Shown: in pieces, positions 38,228 to 50,268 of the stretch
How the letters are laid out: each line of letters begins with the position of its first letter
Position numbering within the stretch: the first letter of the stretch is position 1
From: Nageia nagi
Taxonomy: Eukaryota > Plantae > Pinophyta
Length of the DNA: 64,000 bases
Reading direction: 5' to 3'
Assembly: GCA_050084985.1 (NCBI GenBank)
Contig: JBITNC010000001.1
Span: 114,762,001 to 114,826,000, forward strand
Made by a program: the position numbers and the translations under genes
Notes under the pieces: model-generated
Told to the model about the DNA's origin: nothing
Databases searched by the model: none
Seen by the model: the letters and a program-made list of their open reading frames with translations, nothing else

Positions 38228-40570
38228 GTGACAAAAAGTAGGGTTCTCGGACATTTGGAGTTGAATCAGATCTTCAAAGAATATTCCATGTTGGATCCAA
38301 GGTTGAGGAGAGATGTATACTTCAACGGCTACCTGGAGACCTTAGGTTTGAAGGGAAGCAGTTTACATGGACCATGTAACTCTAGTAGTTCATGGGTTGA
38401 TATGGACCTACAACATAAGATCAGTAAGATGCAAGTGCAAATGTTTGATGGAAAGAAGATGACAACTAGGGCATGATTACATGAGTTGCAAACCTATTTA
38501 ACCCTAAGCCCTAACACGGTGGAGGAGGATGCAATTCATTTCACATCATTGCATTTTGAGGGAGATGCCTTGGAATGGTGGCATCATGGGGTGATTAGCC
38601 AAGGGTATTCTCTCATCAACTCTTTTGATGAGTTCACTAGATGGATGTTCAAGTGGTTAGAGCAAAAGGAGAATGATTACTTCTAGGATCTGACAACATT
38701 GAGGCAACAAGGAGTGGTGGATGATTATGTGAAAGAATTTCAGAGAATTGCCTTTATGATTAACCATATTCCTGAAGAGAGGTTAACATTCCTCTTAATT
38801 GAGGGTTTGCTGGAGCCATTGCAAGCGATGGTCAAGGTATCCTCTCCTAGGAGCCTTGATGACACAATTTGGGCAACATATGACCTTGAGCCCATGGTGA
38901 AATACCTCAAGGGAGGGCAAACATATAGAGGGCCAACCACCCAGAAGTCATTTGCTAACAAGAAAGGGCGAAACAAGGCAAAATACATCCCTTCACCTAT
39001 AACAAACCAGCTAGACGCAACCACACGAAGGAAGCTACAAGAAGAGGGCAATTGCTTCTACTATAAGAAGACTTGGAAGCCTAGGCACCGTTGCCAAGGT
39101 AAAGGAAAAGTGCATTACATAGAGGTATTTTCAAAGGATGAGTCAGATGATTCAAATTTGGAGGAGACCCTTGATCAAGCATGACCTCAAGCTTAGGGCA
39201 CATTAGGGAGCATGATCACTTCATTGTATGGGGTGAAGAAGTATCTTACGCTGAAGATTGTGGGACAAGAAGGAGGACAAGATGTGATGGTTTTGATTGA
39301 TCCAAGAGCGTCCTACAACATCATTGATGTAGGATTTACTAAGAACCTTAAGACCAAGGGGTTTGAGGGATTCAAGGTTTCCAATGCCAACGAGAAGCTC
39401 ACTTTGGTAGACCACATTATTGAGAGGTTGGTGTGAGATTGCATAGTTGTATGGTGAGAGAAGACTTCTATATCTATCCCTTAAAGGGACATCCTCACAT
39501 CATCCTGGGAGTACAATGGCTATTTGACCTAGGGATATCCACACCAACTATTAGAAACTCACAATGAGTTTCGAAATCGATGGGAAGACTTAAACCCTAC
39601 AAGGGATTAGAGATGATTGTCCATAGGTGGACAATAAGCAGTTAGAGGTGATCAAATGGTGTCAAAAGGAGGCAGAATATGGAGTCACAATGGGAGAGGA
39701 GTCCCCATAGGAGATGATAGGTGTTGGTGAGCTTATGTGCCTCACATTGCAACCCAAGGAGCTTGGAAGGGCTATGTTGGATTTTGGGGAAGTCTGACAC
39801 CCCATGTTGAACCTTGGACAAGATTTCCACCTCATGTTACATATTGGGAAGCTTGACCACCTAATGTTGAGCCTTGAGGAGGTTGGACATAACACATTGG
39901 ACTCAAAGAGAGCTAGGAATCCTATGATGAGCATTCGAGAGGCTTACCATCATACATGGAGCTCCAGGGAGATGAGACACCCCATGTTGGGTACTTGGCA
40001 GAATTACCACCTAATATTGAGCTTCAGGGAGACTGGACACCCCACGTTGGGCATTTCAAAAAATTATCACCTAAAGTTGAGCCTCAGGTAGTATGGGCAA
40101 CCCACGTTGGACATCTGGAGAGATAGGCATGCCACATCAAACAACTAGGAGTTTGGGAACTCCTCATTGAATCTTGGGGAGGCTAGACATACCACGTTGA
40201 GTTTTGAGGAGTTCTAGCCTCACACATGGAGCAAAAGCTTTGCTTGTTTTCACTCACCCATGATTTTCTTAAGGTTCTTGTAGGTACACCTTCACAGTGA
40301 TGCACGTGCATCCTCATATTTATGGAGGACAACCATAGAGCAACTAATGAGAAGTGATAACTACAACAAACCAAAGTGTTTGCAAACTACATTGATACAT
40401 GGATATGAAGCTTCAACAATATATTCTATTTTGCTATCCTACATGGAGAATATTGAAGTTGTATTCCATCATCATGAGCCCTAGCTACCAGGGCTAAAGG
40501 ATTCTTGGAAGATAATATGTTGCAATCGTCCACCATTGCAATTCGAGAGGGGAAGCTTTGTGATGTCTCC
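38228..40570 (+). pseudogene. Element B polyprotein: Gag, CCHC-like knuckle, aspartic protease, 10-aa repeat domain, unknown domain, Pol C-terminal tail
   Basis: HFEGDALEWW, RQQGVVDDYVKEFQR, CFYYKKTWKPRHRC, LIDPRASYNII; single frame from about 39564 to 40570 ending FERGSFVMSP. Confidence 0.85.
39740..40225 (+). repeat. Degenerate 30-bp in-frame tandem repeat, about 16 units
   Basis: MLNLGQDFHL/MLHIGKLDHL/MLSLEEVGHN/TLDSKRARNP/MMSIREAYHH/TWSSREMRHP/MLGTWQNYHL/ILSFRETGHP... Confidence 0.85.
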
Positions 40571-41794
40571 CTTATCCAATTGTAATTAGTTGTGGGGTAC
40601 GAAAGGTTCCTCTTGTAATGTACTTTATTTATGCATTGTACTTTCATATTTGTGACTTAGGATAGGAGACTTAATGGGTCAATGGACCCCACTATAAGCC
40701 CCAAGTGGGACGTCTCCCTCCTAAGGTTAGATTAGGTGTCATTGTCATACTTGGAGATCCTGAAACATGATTGTGGGAATCCCAAGGTCTATTTAGTATT
40801 GTATGGACAAATGAACACTTAATGGTCCCAACGTTGAGATTGGGAGCATTTGGACACCTACGCCAGCTTGGGGGGAGGCTTCAAGACCCCCACCTTGGGC
40901 CTTGAGACCCACGTTGCCCCTTAGGTGCCATGCATGCTTCCTAAGCCCATGCATGTATTCCTAGGTCCATGTGGAGCAGAGAGGAGGCCCATATACCCAT
41001 GTTAGCCTAGATTGATCCCTAGGTTCCAACGTTGGGCCATGAGGGGATTGGGTGATGACATTGAGGTGTAATCCAGACTAAGGAAGGCTATATTAACCCT
41101 TGGAGTCTCATCACTAGATATAGAAAATTATAATTACTTTCATATTGTCCAGAGGAAAACAAGTTTTAGTGATGCTAAGCAACCCTCCTAAGCGCAACGT
41201 CTAGAGGGCATTCAGGCTGAGGGATCTTGTTTGTCTACGGAATTAGTGTAGCATCTTTTCCCACCTAGTCGTATTTCGAGGTACTACTTGTACCTTCAAT
41301 GGTTATCCAAGGTTTGAGGACTCCTTCGATAGAGGGGAATCTTATTCTAAGGGAGTGTACTGTCCCATGGTTCCAGGATTGGTCCAATGGTGAGAAGACA
41401 TATTGTTATGCCCTAGTTGGCTCCTTGGAGGCCAACGTTAGCCCTTCTAGTTCTAACGTTGTTGAGCATTGTACATTCTATATACCGCCAAGGGCATTGG
41501 ATCTCATATTTTGTATTGTCTACATCATTCGTGTGCATGCGTTGGATTACTATTATTGTGTATACTTGCATTGGTCAGACTAGCATTGTGGAATATTGTT
41601 TATTATTAATTGCATGTACTAGCTAGACATTGGCTTATTGGCATTGTGATAGCTTGGTTTGGATGCCCTAACTCTAACGTTGCCATCTTGAGGGTTTATG
41701 CACTTATGTTTGATGCCCTAGGCCTAACGTCAGGGTTTATTGGTTGGAATTTGCTCATTGGCTCCTAATTTGAAATTTGGATCATCACAACATT

Positions 41795-44453
41795 CGAAGA
41801 GGAGGATGCCCTAAAAGAGAGATCAATAATAGCCAGAAGAAGCCCTACTCCGGTTCGAGATCCCGCACCCGAACGAAAGTTTAATGAACTCATTTCGACC
41901 ATACATAGCATGACTGGAGCTATCATCTCTATGCAACGACAATTGAACATGCATATGGGGGTTTGTGAGGAGCCAAAGAGACATATTAGTCCCCACATCC
42001 TACTAAAGATGACAAAGAGTAGTAGCATGAGGAGGATAGGGCAAATCAGGAGCCGAGTATGAGGAGATCCCGTAGTTTAAGGGCTCAAGAGTTGACTCAT
42101 CATGGATCGATGGGGCGTCCAGAGGCCAAATTCTTGAGATCCCATTCACATTGAGCACCCCAAGGTACTAACCCTCTCCAGGTAAGGTACCTGTAGGAGG
42201 ACGTTGGCAAGATGGAGGAGCAACATGCAATCCCCAAGCCTTCCAAAGAAGTCCGAGGAAGATGCAAAGAATAGAGTTCCTAGCCCATTAGTGCTGAATC
42301 AAATTTTCAGGGAGTATTCCATGTTAGATTCGATTTTGCGAAGAGATGTCAACTTCAATGATTATCTAGAGATCTTAGGGTTGAAGGGGAGCAACTCGCA
42401 TGGTCCACACACTCTTAGCAACTTGTGGGATGATAAGAGAGACCTGTAGCAGAAGATTAACAAAATGAAGGTGCAAATGTACAATGGGAAGCAAATGATA
42501 GTTAGAGCATGGCTACATCAACTGCAGACTTATTTCACCTTGAGCCGTAGTATGGTGGAAGAGGATGCAATTCATTTCACATCTCTACATTGTGAGGGTG
42601 ATTCCCTAGGGTGGTGGCAGCATGGGATGATCAGCCAGGGGTATTTGTTCATCACCTCCTTTGATGAGTTTGCCCGACGATTGGTTAAGAGGTTCGATCG
42701 AAAGGAGGAGAATGACTACTTCTAGGATTTCACATCATTGAGGTAGGATGAAGTAGTGGATGAGTGTGTCTCGAAGTTTTAGAAGATTGCAATAATAATC
42801 CACCACATTCCATAAGAGCGATTGACATTCCTCTTCATCGAGGGTTTGATGGAGCCATTATAGCGGATAGTCAAGGTGTCCTCTCCTAAAAACCTTGATG
42901 ATGTCATTCGGGCTGCGTATGACCTTCAACCGATGATGAAATCCCTCAAAGGAGGGTGGACATATAAAGGGCCAGTCACATAGAAGCTTTTTGCCCATAA
43001 AGAAGGGCCTCACAAGGCCAAACCTCTTCCCCACCTTGAACAAATCAGTTGGATGCAACCACACGAAGGAAGTTGAGAGAGGAAGCCAAATGCTTTTACT
43101 ACAAGAAGACTTGGGAGCCAAGGCACCATTGTCTAGGCAAGGGATAGGTGCACTACATAAAAGTGTTTTCAAAGGATGAGTCGGATGATTCAGATCTAGA
43201 GATTGGAGTAGACACCCTAGAGAAGGAGGCACCTCAAGCAAAGGGCACATTAGGGAGCATGATCGCTTCACTACACAATGTGAAGAAGTACCTTATGTTG
43301 AAAATCGTGGGACAAGCAAGAGGACATGATGTGATGGTCTTGATCGATCCATGACCATCCCACAAGTTCATCAATGCAGATTTTGCAGAACATAAAAATA
43401 TGAAGACTAAGGGGTTTGAGGGATTCAGAGTTTCCAAAGCCAATGGGAAACTCACTCTGGTAGATCACATCATTGAGAGGTTTGGTGTGAGACTTCAGAG
43501 TTGTACAGTAAGGGAGCATTCCTACATCTACCCCTTGAAGGGGCATCCTCACATTATTTTGGGAGTGCAATGGTTTGATTTGGGTGACATTCACACCAAT
43601 TATCAGAAACTCACTATGAGTTTCGAGATTGATGGGAAGAGAAGAGGCTAGACACTTCGCAGAGGGCCTTAGAGGAGCTAGGCACCCCATGTTGGGCATC
43701 TGGGAGGCTTGCCATCTAATGTTGAGCTTCAGGGAGATTGAATACCACACGTTGGGCCTTAGGAGAGCTAGGCACCCCACGTTGAGCTTCAGGGGGGTTT
43801 AGGCACCTGACCATGAGCCTGGGAGAGGCTAGGTACCCCACGTTGAGTCTCAATGATGATGGTTACCGAACATTGGGCGTGAGGGAGGCTGCATTCCCCT
43901 CACAAAGTACTTTAGAGGTGGGAGACGACACGTTGGACCTATGGAGGTTTACACACATGTTGGTGAGCTAGCTAGCATCTAGGTACCTCATGTTGGAGGA
44001 GGGGGAGGTTTCTTGCTTCACATTGGTCATTAAGGAAGTTTAGAACTCCACATTGAGCTTAAGGTGATACGACCTCATGCATGGAGCGAAAGCTCCAACT
44101 ATTTTCACTCACTCATGATTTTCTTAAGGTTCTTACAGGTACATCTCCACACAAAAATACATACATCCTCATGTGTATTGAGGGCCACCATGGAAAAGTT
44201 GATGAGTGACAATTACAGCAAACCAAAGAGTTTGCAAGTGACATTAATACATGGACATGAGGGCTCAGCAATTTGCATCATGCTACCACATTGGATAAAG
44301 AGTATTGAAGTTGCATTTCACCCTCATAGACCATTGCTCTCAGGACTGGAGGATTCTTGGAAGACATTATGCTGCAATCTTCTACCATTGCTTGAGGGTA
44401 AGCAATTCGAGGGGGGAGGCTTTGTGATGTCCCCATCACATGGTCATAATTAA
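41795..44453 (+). pseudogene. Element A polyprotein: Gag, protease, 10-aa repeats, unknown domain, LLEGKQFEGGGFVMSP tail
   Basis: ORFs at 42204, 42465, 43148, 43400 and 44064 are colinear homologues of element B. Confidence 0.85.
43645..44070 (+). repeat. Degenerate 30-bp tandem repeat of element A
   Basis: GARHP/MLGIWEACHL/MLSFREIEYH/TLGLRRARHP/TLSFRG... Confidence 0.8.
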
Positions 44454-44896
44454 TCCAACAATCCGATAGGTTCGTCTTGTAATAGAATTTATTAATGCAT
44501 TGTACTTTCATATTTGTAACTTGGGATAGAAAACTTAATGGGATAGAAGACTTAATGGGTCAATTGACACCACTATGAGCCCCAAGTGGGATGTTTCCCT
44601 CCCAAGTCTAGATTAGGAGTTATTATTGCACTTGGAGATCCCAATAATGATCGTGGGAATCCCAAGGTCTATAATTACGTTGAGATGATGGATGAACCCT
44701 TATAGGCTTGCGCCAACCTTGGAGAGGCTCCCATACCCCCACATTGGCCCAACTTGACACTAGAACCCCCACACATGAACTCTTGACCCAAGTGGGCATG
44801 CATGGCACTCCTAGAACCCCTGTTGGCACTTAATGCACCCAATCCCCCCACGTTGGCATGCTTTACATGTAAGCACCCACATTGGGAATTCTAGGC

Positions 44897-45770
44897 TTGG
44901 AGAGGACTAGCTTGCCCAAGCCTTGAGACACTATTGCAAAGGAATTGATGAGGTATACCACATTGGAATAAGGTGGTGTTTGCCTACCACTTATTGAATC
45001 ACTTTATAAGTTGGGGGGCAAAGATTGTGAATTTTCCTTTTTTCATATTCCACTCAATGGAAATTTCATTTAGGAAAGTACAAAAGGGGGAAGCTCAAAT
45101 GCCATTACATCAATCAATGATTAAGCTGGTTTATGATAGGGCATTAGCAAAACAAGCAAGGAAAAACCCCAAGGGACAGATTCAAATAGAGGAGAAAGAT
45201 GAGAATGTGCCCTTGAAACGTCTGCTGGAAAAGATGGGCAACAATATGGAAACCCTAAGAAAGAAAAAAACATAACAATACTAAGGAGAATAAAAAGAAG
45301 AAGAATGAAGCAACGACAAGCAAAAGCAAAATAGAAAATCAAATTGAACTTGAGAAAGACAAAGCTAAGAACCAAATCGCAAAAGAAGATCTACCTAAAT
45401 GGAACAATAAGAGAAACAGAACTCATCTAAGCAAAGAACAGCCAACTCAACATGATAGCATGGGGTAAATGAAGAATGAAGCAAAAATTAAGAAACAAAA
45501 TGTTGTAGATTGAACAAGAGAGAAAAGGAGGAAACACAAAAGAAGGATCAACATCACCTAAATAGAGACCATATCCAAGTAATAGAGCTGGATGAACCAC
45601 CTCAGACATCAACATTTCAATTGAAGAAGAGGGAGAAAATTAGGAAAGAGGAGAAAGGCAAAAAGAATGCACTAATAGAGGAAAATGAACATAAAAGGGT
45701 TAAGGCAAAGCAAAAGAAGATTGGGGGGGAAGAAGAACCAATTAAGATACTTATGGTGGAACAGTTGTAG
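44897..45770 (+). pseudogene. Extra ORF ('ORF3'), C-terminal part with K/E-rich tail
   Basis: LERTSLPKP*DTIAKELMRYTTLE*/VFAYHLLNHFISWGAKIVNFPFFIFHSME...HQSMIKLVY aligns with 10005-10260. Confidence 0.72.
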
Positions 45771-46670
45771 GTGAAGACCTGATCTAGGAAAGAACTCAAA
45801 AGGTATTCCACTCTGTCTACCTAACAATCTACATACATACAACATAATGCTTGCAGAGGCTATGGTAAGAAAAGGCCAACAAAGCAAATTGTTTGAAGAA
45901 ATACCAAACAATGCACATAGCTGTCAAGTTACTCGACGCCATATCTACATACATCATTTTAAGAATGACTCAAACAAGAAAGGCTTTAAATTTGTTGAAG
46001 GAAAGGGCATATTCCATCTAGGGGTGCAAGTAGGAAGGGACTGAAGAAAGAAAGACTTTTTTGTTGGTAACAGGATTTTGTATCCAGTATAATTTATATT
46101 ACAGCTTATGTTTTATTACGTTTTCTGTAGGGAATATAGCAGAACAAAGCACACTCTATTTCTTCATTCTCCTATGGTGTTAAATCTCAAGTAGTGACTT
46201 ATATCCCTTTCTAGACTCTTGGCAACATTGAAGGAGCATGTACTTATGATGTAAACTGAGCAACAACATAAAATCATATTGTGAAAGCTTTGGAGGCCCT
46301 TTCAAAACTCCAATTTTTTATTAATAAAATTTACACTGTATTAATTCAAAAAAATATATTTATTGCAGACCTGCGAAACAAATATGCTAGTTGTAGATAC
46401 TTCATGCCCTCAAGATATTGTACCTGGAATTTAATTTATGAGTTTAGTTACACATTCACAATTCCAGGGCTACAGTTTAACTCTTTTACATTAAACTTTG
46501 ACTTTGTCATCAACATGTTGATAACGGTTTATATGATAAACAAACCCATGTTCCTAATCCACAACAAACTTATGTTTATGAATTGATTCAGAAAACTGTT
46601 GCATCATTTTAATGGGTGCAAGATTCATAAACTTTTGTTTCAAGACTTACGATGATTATCAATGACAGTT

Positions 46671-46983
46671 TTATTCAGATGATAGGTTCTATATCATTGC
46701 TATTCAGATTCCAAAATTATATCTGCTCATTGTTGGAGTCCTACAAAAATTATGCTAGTTGTAAACAATATGCTTGTAGGAATCAGTTCATGACACAAGA
46801 AGACATCTTGCACATATTTCCAGTTTATATATTTTATTCAGATGATAAGTACAATATCATTGCTAATCAGATTCCAAATTTATCTCTGCTCGTTGTTGCA
46901 GTCCTATGAAAAATATGCTGGTTCTAATAAACTACTGAAATTTATTTGTAGCAATCAGTTCATGATAGAAAAAGACATCTTGC
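46671..46983. repeat. About 163-bp diverged tandem duplication
   Basis: ttattcagatgata...gacatcttgc occurs at about 46671-46811 and 46834-46983. Confidence 0.85.
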
Positions 46984-47118
46984 TGGCTATTGTTCCCCTC
47001 ATAATACGGTTGATTCAATGAATGTCAAAACTACCGACACATTTATTCACACATTTCTTAATTGTACAATTGAAGAATTTCCGACAAAAGAACCACTTAA
47101 AAGCTTCTACATATTTAC

Positions 47119-47396
47119 CTGTGCTTCCATAGAGGAAAATTTAAGTACCAATTTTACAAGTCATCTAGATATTCAATATTCTGAAGAGGGCCCCAGGCCT
47201 ACTTGACAAAATCTGATAACTTGGCCAGCAGATAGCAGGCTGCATTTGTTGATCTCGATTTTTACATGTTTCCAACTATTTCTTTGAGAAAAATTGAAGG
47301 TTCAAACATGATATGAAATAAATAAGTGTGATATGTTCTACTGCAAGCTTATCCATCGCATCATCTTGAAGAACTCTCTCAATGACTGATGACTAC
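47119..47396 (-). other. Putative non-coding (3' UTR) exon of a host gene
   Basis: Acceptor ctacAG at 47398-47397, donor CAG/GTAAAT at 47118; about 120-nt T-rich intron upstream. Confidence 0.35.
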
Positions 47397-47516
47397 CTGT
47401 AGTCTAAGAATCAAAAGTAAAAAGCAACTTGATTAAAATTGCTGAAAATGACACAATATTTAAAATTACTTTAGAAACAAGAAGACATACAGAAAATACA
47501 CAAAACAAATACCAAC

Positions 47517-47634
47517 CCTCCAATGTGCATCAAAATATTATTCCAATACCAGTGGGACTGCTGCTTTCACAATAAGTCTGAGAACTCGAAAACGCTCAGC
47601 TTCGTGCATATGGTGGTGGTTCATCTTCAGGAAT
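47517..47634 (-). CDS. Putative last coding exon of an unidentified host gene (IPEDEPPPYARS*, stop at 47596) plus UTR
   Basis: Acceptor tgtttctAG, donor GAGG/GTTGGT; surrounding DNA lacks TE motifs and methylation decay; frame not proven. Confidence 0.35.
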
Positions 47635-48470
47635 CTAGAAACAGAACTCACTTGCAGTCAGACATTTACACAAACAGTTCTAAGAGATCATCTGCTCTCC
47701 TATCAAAAATTGTTAGTAAAAATGCTGGAAGTGAAGAGTTGACTGACTATAACATAGTGCAAGCTCAAAATTTCATTAAGTGTTACGACTTTGAAGTTCT
47801 CAGACAGTGTTTTGTACTTTAACTTTGGTGCAACATTGGCTGGCTTTGTTTTCAATAACACAAGAATTTATGGCATATGATAACATGTTAACAGACAAAT
47901 GGAGGAAAGAAAGGTTATATAGATATACATTACGAGATCCTTGTCCTTTGCTTTCTACATGGCACCTGATTTTTATCAGCTTTGGATGAGATCACCAAGA
48001 AACAACTTCAAATAAATTTGATGCATTTCTTAGAACAAGGAATCCCCAAAAAACAATTCGTTGGTTTTCGATATGTTTCCCATCGAAGAAATACACCTAT
48101 CCATATTCCTGGTAAATCTATTAATAAATTTAAGTACATTTGTTTGCTAATATTTAAGCATAGGTTAGAAAGTTACATTTGAGGTATGCATGAATATGGA
48201 CTATTCTTTTTCATACAACTTTCTCCATGTACAATATGTAATCACATTAAAGAAAAGCACCCAGGTTCATGAATGTTAATATTGTCAACGGCATTAATTC
48301 ATCTATAATATCCACTTGATGTTCCTAATTAACCACATTCAAGTAAAGTCATCAAAATGAAGAAAAACATTTTTGCCTTTTAATGCTATTTGCTTATATA
48401 CACAATTCAACTAGCATGCACCATAATCTTCTTTTCTTAAAGGGCTGCAAAGACTGATGATCAAAGCATC

Positions 48471-49183
48471 TGTTTTATGGTCCAATGATGCTAGATCATT
48501 GGGCATTTTGGGCCTCGATGCTAGAACCTTGGGCATTTTGGGCTTTGATGCCAAAAAGTTGGTACTTCTAGCCAAGCCAACCATTCGGCCTACACTTTAC
48601 TCTTTCCGTTGTTTGGAGATTTTACCACGATGATGGAAGATGATTTTGCATAATTGTTTTCTTCTTGTGATAAATTGTGATGATAATTGCTTATGATTCT
48701 TCTATATCTAAAATGAGAACTCAAGATTTGGTTATAAAGGATTCACAAACTTGATTTTTAGTTTGCCTAGGTGGACCCACTTACAACAATGTACATAAAG
48801 ATAATGCTAAATTAGAGGAAATCACCTAAGTTATTTATAAATGACCCCAAGTGGATCCAAAATTGACACTTAAATGAAATAAAACACTTAAAAAAATATT
48901 TCATGTAGCAAAAATGTAAATTTAAGTGTCTACAAACATGAACAGAAAGATTGTATACAATCACATCAAGATTCATTGCAAGAAAGAAAGCAATAATGCA
49001 AGATTATCTTCTATCATCATGGCAACATTATTAGAATCATCCAAGCAATTGAAAGAGCCAACTACAAGCCAAACGGACAAGAAGGCCAAAGCACCCAACA
49101 TTTTGACACCCAAGCCCAAAACACGCAACATTCTAATACCACAGCTCTAGAACCTAGACGCTTTGGTCCCAAGCCTCAAAACA
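48471..49183. mobile_element. Possible foldback/Mutator-like element with minisatellite-like inverted ends
   Basis: Left end has 30-bp gatgctaga...ttgggcattttggg units; right end has loosely complementary cccaagcccaaaac units; tgtttt...aaaaca termini; no TSD found. Confidence 0.35.
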
Positions 49184-49198
49184 CTATGTACTTGAACC

Positions 49199-49401
49199 CA
49201 AAGAATAAAAAAAACTCCATTTAAACGCGTATTTTCCGTTTGAATGTCTATTTTCAGCGGTCCCATATTTAACCGTATTTTTAAAATATGTACCTTCTAT
49301 AGTATTTTTTGCATTTTTTTCCCGTTTTTCCTGTATTTTTCTACCGTTTTTCTTGTATTTAACCCCGGGCCGTATTTTCAAAAACGTATTTTTATTCTAT
49401 G
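49199..49401. mobile_element. hAT-type MITE, 203 bp
   Basis: 8-bp TSD CTTGAACC (49191-49198 and 49402-49409); TIR CA(A/T)AGAATAAAAA; subterminal cgtattt motifs. Confidence 0.92.
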
Positions 49402-49412
49402 CTTGAACCAAG

Positions 49413-49518
49413 TTATTCTGAAATTTCTGCATATCAATTCTAGCATCATTTTGAGGATGATCATCTTATTCTGAAATTTCTGCATATCAATTCTAGCATC
49501 ATTTTGAGCATGATCATC
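49413..49518. repeat. 53-bp tandem duplication (1 mismatch)
   Basis: ttattctgaaatttctgcatatcaattctagcatcattttgag.atgatcatc occurs twice. Confidence 0.95.
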
Positions 49519-50051
49519 TTTAAAATTTTCTTTTGAAATGTCGTCTCAGAATTATCCAAATTAGCCACAGCTATGGTTCGCCCTCTAAAACCACAAGTTA
49601 TGTCAGCAAGCGTCCAATCCTCCATCTAAATATATTATTTGTATCTCCTCTCATCAATTTGCAGAATCCTATTTGTTAGATCTTTATATTGCATTTAGCT
49701 ATTAATTTATTTTCATTTGAAAATTGTTCTGTGTTTTTATGTCTACAGAAGCAAAAGGAGGGTAACCTTCAGTATTTTGTTAAACAAAGTATGTAGTTGT
49801 GTGTCATAGGACTTCAAAAATCTAGTTTCAAGAATTTGAAAGCATACCCATGCTATTGAATAGAATTTAAAAGGATTAAATCAATAAATCTAAATTGGTG
49901 GTTTTTTTAAATTATTTTTTATATGGTATCAAGAGATAGAAAATTGACCATGTCCTTGTTTCAAGTTTAATATTAGTCTACAGATTCATGAATCCATTTG
50001 ACTATTCTCAACAAAAATATATACAATTAATTATGTCTATCAAATGAAATT

Positions 50052-50268
50052 AGACTTATCTGGAAATAGGGGATTGAAGATAGGCCAATAAACAACTCGC
50101 TTTCTCGGAGGAGGAACCCTAGTGTTCTAGAGTGAATGGATGACAAATTTTGCTTCAAAATACAAATAAGACTTATCTGGAAATAAGGGATTGGAGATAG
50201 GCTAATAAACAACTTGCATTCTTGGAGGAGAACCCTAGTGTTCTAGAGCGAATGGATGACAAATTTGC
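50052..50268. repeat. About 117-bp tandem duplication
   Basis: agacttatctggaaata...gaatggatgacaaattt at 50052 and 50169. Confidence 0.92.

Larger units (their letters stand above)
36450..41789 (+). mobile_element. Non-autonomous Gypsy element B nested in A: LTRs 36450-37664 and 40559-41789, PBS 37667-37678
   Basis: Two full LTRs TGTGATG...ATCA(C/T)A; TSD GCATT/ACATT (1 mismatch); A gag sequence is continuous across the insertion. Confidence 0.92.
34966..44896 (+). mobile_element. Non-autonomous Gypsy element A: 5' LTR 34966-36251, PBS 36253-36264, gag-PR, 30-bp repeats, PPT about 44408-44420, truncated 3' LTR 44423-44896
   Basis: Matching LTRs; tggtatcaaagc; gag AWLHQLQTYF...WWQHG; protease VMVLIDP..SHKFI, HIILGVQW; no RT/RH/INT; hosts element B. 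Confidence 0.9.
31530..45780 (+). mobile_element. L1-type LINE, 5'-truncated, with downstream extra ORF; interrupted by Gypsy cluster 34966-44896
   Basis: ORF2 at 31530-34430; extra ORF starts MGEDLFKTKP at 34722, is cut at 34965 and resumes at 44897; 3' end not defined. Confidence 0.75.
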
